Positions 33,460 through 40,483 of a stretch of 40,483 bases of DNA are shown here, one piece after another. Numbering within the stretch: position 1 is the stretch's first letter; every line of letters starts with the position of its first letter. Position numbers and translations under genes: made by a program. Origin of the DNA: a virus. The notes under the pieces are model-generated. The model made no database searches and was not told where the DNA came from. It saw only the letters and a list, made by a program, of their open reading frames with translations. The stretch is from IMG/VR virus record IMGVR_UViG_3300037458_000312. One strand, given 5' to 3'.

Positions 33460-34047
33460 ATGAGCGGCGCGGGCAAGTGGATCAAAAAGCATCCGATGGA
33501 AACGGCGCTTATTTTGGGGGTAGCAACAGGCGGCGTGGGAATGCTCGGAGCGGCCGGCGCCGGGGCGGCGGGTGCCGCAGGAGCAGGGGCGGCCGCGGGT
33601 GGCGCTGCTCCGTTGGGCTTGGGCACGGCGTCCCTCTTTGGTGCTGAAGCAGGGCTCGGAGCCGGGCTTATGGGGGCCGCCCCAGCCGGGTCGCTAGGTA
33701 GCTCCCTTCTTGCTCCTGCGGTGGCCGCAGAGGGGCTGGGAGGTGGCTTTGCGGGTCTTGCCGGGGGGGCTTCACCGCTCGCCGCTGAGGCAGCGATGGG
33801 CGTTGCGCCGATGACCGGGTGGGAAAAGTTCGCCGCCGGCATGGGCAAGATGGAACCCTACGCCAAGCTCGCGGGGCAGGCGCAGGGACTGCTATCGCCC
33901 GATCAACAGCAGCAGATGCCGCCGATGATGCAACCGCGCCCGCAGATGATGGCGCAGGGTGGCGGTGCGGGAATGCTGCCTTACGGTGGCGCGGAGGAAG
34001 AGGAGTTGCGGCGGCGGATGCAGCAGAGCGGGAGGTTCTATGGCTAG
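33460..34047 (+). CDS. Gly/Ala-rich internal virion protein candidate
   Basis: Internal ATG of track ORF 33337..34047; hydrophobic Gly/Ala tracts. Confidence 0.45.
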   Translation: MSGAGKWIKKHPMETALILGVATGGVGMLGAAGAGAAGAAGAGAAAGGAAPLGLGTASLFGAEAGLGAGLMGAAPAGSLGSSLLAPAVAAEGLGGGFAGLAGGASPLAAEAAMGVAPMTGWEKFAAGMGKMEPYAKLAGQAQGLLSPDQQQQMPPMMQPRPQMMAQGGGAGMLPYGGAEEEELRRRMQQSGRFYG

Positions 34048-34993
34048 TAATACGCCCCCCCCGGGCCCGGGGTATGTGTGGGTAGACGGCGCGTTCTATG
34101 GCGGCGAGGGCGGATACCAATTGCCCGGCTCATGGGTGCCCAATCCCTACGCCACACTAAACGAGCAGCCGGGGCCGGTGGCGCCGCCGGTCGGGCAGCC
34201 TGGGACGACGGTGCCGGGCGTTACGGACCCCACGCAGATTGCGACGACGATCAACAAGAACTGGGCGCCGTCGGCTCCGCTACAGGCGCAATTGGCCGCG
34301 CTGCTCACAACTCGCAATTCGGGGTACGGGGCGAATCCGGGGTACATGCCGCCGGTATCGCCTGGGCGCTTCCAATTCTCGGCCACGGCTCCGGTGCCGC
34401 GGGATGCGCCGCTGGGGTGGGGCCGCTATCCTGGGGTGGATGGAGCCCCGGGCAACGCGCCGTGGCTTGCCGGGCAGACCGCGCCGCGTCCGGTGTGGGG
34501 GAATACCGGAGGGGGCTATACGCCGCCTACGATGCCATCGGTGCCGCCAACGCCGCCGCCGAATTACATCGGTGCCCCGCGCACTGGCGGCACGGGCACG
34601 ACGATCGCGCCGCCGGGAACGCCACGCAATCCCAATAGCACGCCGGGCTATACGAACAGCACGGGCACGGGCGGGCAGACGCGGGTGCCGCTTGCTCCGG
34701 CGCCGTATAACCCCGGCAACGTGTTCACCAGCCCGATCCAGAACGTCACCGGCACGTCCACGGTGGCGCAGTCCACGGGGCGGAACTACTACAACCCGCA
34801 GACGTTCGAGCACAGTATCGAGGCGCTGCCGCAGGAATTGCAGGGGGCGTACATCCCGCCGCAATACATTGGCCACGCGCTCCCCGCGGGGGCGTTCAAG
34901 TCTTTGTGGCCTAACAGCGTGGGCACGGATTGGGTGAAGGCCAAGCCCGAGGGGTGGTCGCCGACGTGGCGGCCGACGAACACGAGGGGTTGA
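34040..34993 (+). CDS. Pro/Gly-rich internal virion protein candidate; its C-terminal domain is duplicated at 594..866
   Basis: Internal ATG of track ORF 33959..34993. Confidence 0.45.
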   Translation: MASNTPPPGPGYVWVDGAFYGGEGGYQLPGSWVPNPYATLNEQPGPVAPPVGQPGTTVPGVTDPTQIATTINKNWAPSAPLQAQLAALLTTRNSGYGANPGYMPPVSPGRFQFSATAPVPRDAPLGWGRYPGVDGAPGNAPWLAGQTAPRPVWGNTGGGYTPPTMPSVPPTPPPNYIGAPRTGGTGTTIAPPGTPRNPNSTPGYTNSTGTGGQTRVPLAPAPYNPGNVFTSPIQNVTGTSTVAQSTGRNYYNPQTFEHSIEALPQELQGAYIPPQYIGHALPAGAFKSLWPNSVGTDWVKAKPEGWSPTWRPTNTRG

Positions 34994-34994
34994 G

Positions 34995-36278
34995 ATGGCT
35001 TACGATGACGTTTACTCCGAGGAAGATCGGCGCCGGGCGCTCACGCAGGGGTTGCTCGGGGCGGGGCTTGCCATGCTGGGGGCGCGCAAGGGCTCCGAGT
35101 TCAACGCCTTCGGGCAGGCCGGGCTGCTAGGCTTGGGTGGCTACAACACCGCACTGCGGGATGCTACGAACGCGCGTGAAGAGCAGGCGATGCGAAAAAT
35201 GCGCGAGCAGCAGTTTGCGATGCAAAGGGCGCAGTGGGAGCAAGCGCAGGCCGAGCGCGAGGGGATGCGGCAGGCGCATCAGGCGGCGATTATTCCTTCC
35301 GTGCCGGGTGGCGAGGCCGAGCCGCGCGAGGGCGGGATGACGCCGGGGCTGCCGGGTTGGTTCAACGATGCGGCGTACATCAATGCTTTGCGGACGAATC
35401 CCAACATCGACCCGGCGAAAGCATTGGCGTATCAGCAGTTGATCGCCAAGGACACGGCGTTCGACAAGCCCAAACCCGAGCACTGGACGCCGGCCAGCCT
35501 TGCCGAATACGCGCGCACGCGCAACCCGGCGTCGTTGGTGCCGGTGACAAATCCAGAGGCGTCGGCGGTAGGAAAGATCAACCCGAGCGACTTCACACCG
35601 GCCAGCGTTGCGGCCTTTCTGTCTGGTGGCGGCAAGAATTATCAACTGCTGGTGCCGGTAGACAAGCGCCCGGTGAGCAACGTAAGCATCAAGAATGTTG
35701 CCGAAACGGAAGAGGACAAGACGATCGGCAAGGGGCGCGGGGAGGCATTCGTGGCGATCAATGCCGGAGCCACTAAAGCCCGACACAAAATCACGTCATT
35801 GGCGGCCATTGAGTCGCTTGTGGGTGACGTTGAGACAAGCCCCCTAACGCCCATTGGGCTCAAGGTGTCGGGTGTGTTAAAGGGGGCAATGGGAATAGAC
35901 ATTGATCCATCATTGCCGCGTAAGCAGGCCGCAGAAACGATTATGAATCGCTTGGCTCTTGAAGCTAGAAGCACGGCCGACGGCGGGGGGATGCCTGGCG
36001 CCATGTCGGACGCGGATCGTGAGTTCTTGCGCAATATGAATCCGACACTTTCGCAAACAAAGGAAGGGCGTTCGTTGATCGTGAAGGTGCAGTCCAGGCT
36101 CGCCAAGCGCGAGCAGGATCTAGCGCAATGGGCGCGCGAGTACCGGGCGCAACGTGGTCGGTTCGACGAGGGTTTTCAAGATTACGCGGCAGAAAAGGCA
36201 GCACAAAGCCCTCTGTTTTCTGATCTTAATCTTGGCCAAACGAGCCGTGGATTCACTTATCTCGGAACGGTGAAGTAA
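34995..36278 (+). CDS. Internal virion/ejection-type protein
   Basis: Track ORF; genomic context. Confidence 0.45.
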   Translation: MAYDDVYSEEDRRRALTQGLLGAGLAMLGARKGSEFNAFGQAGLLGLGGYNTALRDATNAREEQAMRKMREQQFAMQRAQWEQAQAEREGMRQAHQAAIIPSVPGGEAEPREGGMTPGLPGWFNDAAYINALRTNPNIDPAKALAYQQLIAKDTAFDKPKPEHWTPASLAEYARTRNPASLVPVTNPEASAVGKINPSDFTPASVAAFLSGGGKNYQLLVPVDKRPVSNVSIKNVAETEEDKTIGKGRGEAFVAINAGATKARHKITSLAAIESLVGDVETSPLTPIGLKVSGVLKGAMGIDIDPSLPRKQAAETIMNRLALEARSTADGGGMPGAMSDADREFLRNMNPTLSQTKEGRSLIVKVQSRLAKREQDLAQWAREYRAQRGRFDEGFQDYAAEKAAQSPLFSDLNLGQTSRGFTYLGTVK

Positions 36279-36289
36279 GGGGGGGCGTC

Positions 36290-38770
36290 ATGCGTCATAG
36301 AATCCGCGTGCCCGATGGCACAGTGGTTGAGGTTGACGCGCCCGACGGCGCCACGCAGGAGGAAATTGTTGCCTTTGCTGAGAGCAATTACAAGGCGCAG
36401 AAGCCTGCGGCAGCAGCGTCATCTACTGGTGCCGATGTTGCCAAGGCGGCGGCCTATGCAGTGCCGAAAGCTGCCGTTGGCATGGCGGGACTTCCTGCTG
36501 ATTTACTCAAAATTCTCAATGCTGGCGGCGAATCGTTGGCGGCCAAGATTTATGGCGGCAAGCCCGAGGACTATCGCGGCATAGGACTAAACGTCCCTGC
36601 GGGCGGATCGGACATTCGCGGCGCGATAGAAAAGGTGACGGGGCCGTGGTTTGATCCGCAAACGCGAGCGGGGAAGGCAACGGATACGGCTGTCCAGACT
36701 GCTGCGTTAATGGGCAAGAACTGGATGACGGCGCCCAAGGAAGCGGCCAAGATCGTTGCAGGAACGACGCTAGGCACCGAGTCGGCCGGGGCGGCAACTG
36801 ACGACAACCCGTGGATGCGGATGCTTGGAGGTCTTTTTGGTGGCGGGGTTCCTGCCGTTGCCAATGCCGTGCGCAGCAGAACGGGGCAAGTGGTTCGTGA
36901 TGCTATTGGAGCGCCAACGCAGGCCGAGATTGATGCAGCGCTGGCGATGCAGGCTAGTGGACGCGCCAAGGGCGTGCCATTGATGGGCACCGAATCGCTT
37001 GATAGGGGATCGCAGTTGGCTAGTGCCATTTATGCGAGCCCGACGGGCAATAGCATCCTCGAGAGGTTCTTATCACAACGGCCCGAGCAGGTTAAGTCGG
37101 CAGTAGAGGGCGGGCTGCTGGCGCAAACCGGGCCGCGTACTGCGCCAGCCGCCAATGCGGCGCGAGCGCAAGAGGCAGCAACAGCAGTTATTGGCAACGC
37201 CGAGCGGGCGCGCACGAGGGCCGTTAACAATCTTTATGATCGGTCGCAATGGGCAACCATCCCACCGCAGGCGATGAGGCCAGTGGCCAACGAAATACAA
37301 AACCAACTGTTCAAAACGCCGATAGACTCACCGGCAGATGCAGTTATCGGGCGCTGGCATAAGCAAGCATTCCCATATGCAGTAGAGGCACCCGAGGCGG
37401 AAACGGCTGCGAGAGCAGTGCGTGGCGCGTCACGTTCTGTTGATGTACAGCAGGACGACGTGATTACTGCTATTCGCAAGTTGGGTGGCATCAATCCGGC
37501 AGACGAAGCGGTTGGTTCTTTGGCAAAGGCCAATCCGTTCCCCAACGATCCGAGGTTCGGCCCGGTGTGGCGTCGTCCTGGATTCGGCAATTCCGTAAGC
37601 AACAAGACAGTAGCCGGGCATTCACTAGATGACATGGCGGCGAAGTTGTACGAACATGGCTATATTCCAGAGCGCAATCCTGATCTAGTAATGGATGCGG
37701 TAGCGGATTCGACGATGGGACGCCCGTTGTACTCTGTTTATCGAGAGGTGCAGAACGTCGATCCGTTGGCGCAGGCGATTGACAAGCTCACTGCGCAGTT
37801 GGCATCCAAGAACGCGCCCAAAGCAACTGTTCCTGTTGCGCCTGAAGCGGCATTGCCAGAAACGAATGTTGGACGACTGACAAAGTTGTATCAGACGCTG
37901 CGCGATGAGCGGACATTGCCTGCAATCGGCGCGACTTCAGAACAAAAAGCGGCGTCGTATCCTGCCGGAAAAGTGCAGGACGTGTTGGGCGACGTGCTGC
38001 GGGCCAACAATCCCGACTTTCGGCGCGCTAACGAGCGATTCTCGGCCTACACCGAAAAAGTGGTGAATCCGCTAACGGCGGGGCCGATTGGGGTAATTGC
38101 CGGGCGGACGGGGTTTGATCCGGCAGCGCCGTCGCAGGTGCCGCGCATTCTTAACGCCATTGCCGATCCAAACGTGGCGCGTCCTGAAACGATCCGCCAT
38201 GTCTACTCGCGGCTTAACCGGGTAGATAAGCAAGCGTTTCCAGGCATCGTACAGACGCATCTGGAAAACCAGTTGAACGCCGCGTTAACGGACATTCGTT
38301 CCGGCGGCAACCCAACAGCGGGGGCGAAGTTCCGGCAGGCGATCGTCGGCACGCCGCAGGAGCAAACGAACTTCGATGAGATGATGCGCGGCGTGGCCAA
38401 GGCGCGCGGGGCGAATCCAGACGATCTGGTGCGCGGCGCTAACAACCTGCTGCAAGTGTTGGAGCGTACCGGGCGCACGCCCGGTATTGGCTCGCAAACG
38501 CAACCAAGGCAAGAAATTGCCAAAGAGCTAGGCAAGACAAAGATCGGTGATGTAGCGATGGTGGCGTCTGCGGCGCCGACCAAGACGGCGGTCGCACGGT
38601 GGAACGACTTGATCTTGCGGCGCCGTTATGAAGGGTTGGCGCAGGCGCTTACCGCAGAGGATTCGGTACAAACGCTGCTCAAGCTCGCCAAGACAAACCC
38701 GAATGGAATCACGGCCAGTTACTACGCGGCCATGCTGTTAGGGCTGGATGAGGCTACATCCGGTCAGTAA
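36290..38770 (+). CDS. Large internal virion/ejection-type protein (826 aa)
   Basis: Largest ORF; last structural gene before the lysis genes, as in podoviruses. No lysozyme motif recognised. Confidence 0.5.
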   Translation: MRHRIRVPDGTVVEVDAPDGATQEEIVAFAESNYKAQKPAAAASSTGADVAKAAAYAVPKAAVGMAGLPADLLKILNAGGESLAAKIYGGKPEDYRGIGLNVPAGGSDIRGAIEKVTGPWFDPQTRAGKATDTAVQTAALMGKNWMTAPKEAAKIVAGTTLGTESAGAATDDNPWMRMLGGLFGGGVPAVANAVRSRTGQVVRDAIGAPTQAEIDAALAMQASGRAKGVPLMGTESLDRGSQLASAIYASPTGNSILERFLSQRPEQVKSAVEGGLLAQTGPRTAPAANAARAQEAATAVIGNAERARTRAVNNLYDRSQWATIPPQAMRPVANEIQNQLFKTPIDSPADAVIGRWHKQAFPYAVEAPEAETAARAVRGASRSVDVQQDDVITAIRKLGGINPADEAVGSLAKANPFPNDPRFGPVWRRPGFGNSVSNKTVAGHSLDDMAAKLYEHGYIPERNPDLVMDAVADSTMGRPLYSVYREVQNVDPLAQAIDKLTAQLASKNAPKATVPVAPEAALPETNVGRLTKLYQTLRDERTLPAIGATSEQKAASYPAGKVQDVLGDVLRANNPDFRRANERFSAYTEKVVNPLTAGPIGVIAGRTGFDPAAPSQVPRILNAIADPNVARPETIRHVYSRLNRVDKQAFPGIVQTHLENQLNAALTDIRSGGNPTAGAKFRQAIVGTPQEQTNFDEMMRGVAKARGANPDDLVRGANNLLQVLERTGRTPGIGSQTQPRQEIAKELGKTKIGDVAMVASAAPTKTAVARWNDLILRRRYEGLAQALTAEDSVQTLLKLAKTNPNGITASYYAAMLLGLDEATSGQ

Positions 38771-38878
38771 TGTCTAGCAGCAGGATCGCCACGATTGCGA
38801 TCCCGGCGATGATGAGGAATGCGGTAATCATCCGCCAATCCTACGCCTGCCCATCCCAAACAACAATGGAGCCCACCC

Positions 38879-39316
38879 GTGGTTGATCACGAGGCAACAG
38901 AGCGCGAGATTCTGCGGTTGGTAGAGCAGGCTGACGGCCACGATCGGGCGATGTTGTTGATCATCTACCGGATGCACCAGGAGTTGATTGCCAACACGCT
39001 CAGCACGAGACAGATTGCTGCCGCGGCCGAGGATCATGCGTCTACGCTGCGACAGCACGCGCAGGACGAGATGGCGCTGATCAACCAAATCAGAGGCGGT
39101 TGGCGTGCGGCCACAGTGGCATTCGGGATTATCACGTTGCTGTTAGGTGCGCTGCAAGGGATGGCGATGCGCGAGATCAACATGGCACGGGATACGATCA
39201 TGGTGAACACCGGGCGCATCTACGCGCTTGAGGCCGAGAACGCGGTGCAGAAGGATCAACTGTGGAGCATTCGCATGAAGCTGCGGATGCAGGAATTGGC
39301 TAACGGGAAAGAATGA
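38879..39316 (+). CDS. Membrane protein with a central TM and a C-terminal coiled coil (lysis accessory candidate); start uncertain
   Basis: GTG start in the track. TM is AATVAFGIITLLLGALQGMAM, then IYALEAENAVQKDQLWSIRMKLRMQEL. Confidence 0.4.
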   Translation: MVDHEATEREILRLVEQADGHDRAMLLIIYRMHQELIANTLSTRQIAAAAEDHASTLRQHAQDEMALINQIRGGWRAATVAFGIITLLLGALQGMAMREINMARDTIMVNTGRIYALEAENAVQKDQLWSIRMKLRMQELANGKE

Positions 39317-39597
39317 TGGACATCCTGCCGGGACTGCTCGCCTTCAGCCAATGGCTGGACGAAAAGGGCAAGGCGATCAAGCGTGGCGCGCAGGTTCCGA
39401 TCGGGATACTGCAATCGCCGGAAAAGCTCAATGATGTCACCGCGTGGCTGGACAACAAGAAGCGGCAGATCGTCACCAACGCCAGCGATCCGGCGCTGCT
39501 CTACACGCGGGCGAACGAGGACGCGCGCAAGTTCCAGCGAGAGGAGCTAGAGAACTGGGGCCTGCTCGGAGCCGGAGCCTACGAGCAAGAGCAATGA
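39313..39597 (+). CDS. Hypothetical protein in the lysis region
   Basis: Track ORF; ATGA coupled at both ends. Confidence 0.45.
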   Translation: MMDILPGLLAFSQWLDEKGKAIKRGAQVPIGILQSPEKLNDVTAWLDNKKRQIVTNASDPALLYTRANEDARKFQREELENWGLLGAGAYEQEQ

Positions 39598-40483
39598 CCC
39601 TCTCTCTGGAAGGCTTGCGGGCGTTTGTCGATAACGCCAACGTCGCCGCGTCCCTGCGTTGCGTGCGCCGCAGCGAACTCCCCAAGCAGTACGCGCAGAC
39701 GGATGACGCCTACAGGGTGCTGTTCTGTGGTGAACTGATCGACGACCTGTCGCGCCATCCGCGCATTGCCAAGATGTCTCCGTGGGGCTGGACGAGCGCA
39801 GCCGGGGCTTATCAGGCGATGGCGGCCGTCCCCGGCAAGGTCACTACCGACACATGGGGCGACTTCTGCCGCGACATGGGCACGACGGCAGACGAAATGC
39901 CGTTCGACAAGGATCATCAGGACTGCTTCGCCGTCTGGTGCCTGCGCCGTCGCCACGCGCTACAGGACGCCATACAAGGCCGTTTTGAGGCCGTGGTGGA
40001 GAAATGTAGCTGGGAGTGGGCATCCTGGCCGCCGGGGCGCTACGGGCAGCCTACGGTGACGCTAGAGGCTCTGCGCGAGGTGTACGAAGAATACGGCGGC
40101 ACCTACGCCCTGTCCGATCTCATCCAGCCCGAGGCGCCTATAGAGGACCGCCCGCAGTCGTCGCGCCCCCCGGAGTCACCACAGGAGTCTCGTATGCCCA
40201 TCCCTGCCATCATCCTCGGGTTGATCCAGGCCGCTGCCAGTGTGCTGCCGGTCATCGCGCAGATCCGCGGCGACAAGGAACAGTCGTCGGCAACCAAGAA
40301 CGTCGCCATTGCCAGCAAGGTGCTGGACGTTGCGGTGACGACGCTGGGCGCAACCAACCATCAGGCCGCCGTCGAAGCGGTGCAAGTCGATCCGGTGGCG
40401 CGGGAGAAAGTGGATGCGGCACTGCGGGCGCAGTTCTTCGACCTGATGAAATATGCCCAGGAGCAGGAAACTGCGGCTTGGGA
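39594..40483 (+). CDS. Lambda R-like lysozyme/lytic transglycosylase (GH104-type). It has no stop and continues in frame into the 3-TM holin (internal RBS and ATG at 40194), running off the window end and wrapping to 434.
   Basis: Hand translation shows no stop from 39594 to 40483. RSEL...FCGELIDDLSRHPR...SAAGAYQ...CSWEWASWPPGRYGQP parallels lambda R (WSEGT...GGELFTDYSDHPR...TGAGRYQ...CSNIWASLPGAGYGQ). AGGAG lies 6 nt before ATG 40194. Confidence 0.7.
   Translation, partial: MTLSLEGLRAFVDNANVAASLRCVRRSELPKQYAQTDDAYRVLFCGELIDDLSRHPRIAKMSPWGWTSAAGAYQAMAAVPGKVTTDTWGDFCRDMGTTADEMPFDKDHQDCFAVWCLRRRHALQDAIQGRFEAVVEKCSWEWASWPPGRYGQPTVTLEALREVYEEYGGTYALSDLIQPEAPIEDRPQSSRPPESPQESRMPIPAIILGLIQAAASVLPVIAQIRGDKEQSSATKNVAIASKVLDVAVTTLGATNHQAAVEAVQVDPVAREKVDAALRAQFFDLMKYAQEQETAAW
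40357..40483. repeat. Second copy of the terminal overlap (identical to nt 1-127)
   Basis: Direct comparison. Confidence 0.9.

Noticed and set aside
1-40483. A diversity-generating retroelement (as in BPP-1-type podoviruses), an integrase/excisionase module, tRNA genes
   Set aside because: I recognised no reverse-transcriptase motif (YxDD context), no tyrosine or serine recombinase motifs, no template/variable repeat pair and no cloverleaf-like segment in any frame. This was an inspection by eye, so a tRNAscan and HMM search should confirm it.

Overview
The window is a complete, self-closing phage genome. Nt 1-127 are identical to nt 40357-40483, so the unique length is 40,356 bp. It is GC-rich and podovirus-like: it has a P22-type portal, and I saw no tape-measure or tail-tube genes.

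Layout:
1. A leftward early operon (8802 down to 1385) holds about 25 mostly tiny genes chained by ATGA/GTGA stop-start overlaps. It includes a Sak4-like ATPase, a DUF669-like SSB and a PD-(D/E)XK exonuclease (a recombination module). It also carries a visibly AT-richer HNH endonuclease insertion, families of small modular paralogs, an Acb2-like candidate, and a chimeric gene remnant at the operon end.
2. A CI-like/Cro-like switch (8890-9553) has two sigma70-like promoters that share an operator-like core.
3. The rightward early genes are an RHH gene interrupted by an in-frame TAG, two nuclease-fold proteins, a primase/RepA-like helicase, a dense GGGACAT heptamer cluster, small genes, and a Q-like regulator followed by a promoter and a short terminator.
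4. The late operon runs TerS, TerL, portal, scaffold and major capsid protein. A six-gene glycosyltransferase / methyltransferase / radical-SAM cassette (21286-26314) then sits inside the head module. After it come adaptor, tail and ejection-type proteins.
5. The lysis region has a lambda-R-like lysozyme ORF with no stop codon. It reads in frame into a 3-TM holin that has its own strong internal RBS and ATG, and this ORF crosses the contig junction.

I recognised no integrase, reverse transcriptase, tRNA or CRISPR array. The best candidate for an undescribed system is the cytoplasmic sugar-modification cassette next to the capsid gene, possibly a virion glycosylation system. All family assignments come from motif recognition by eye and memory, not from searches.
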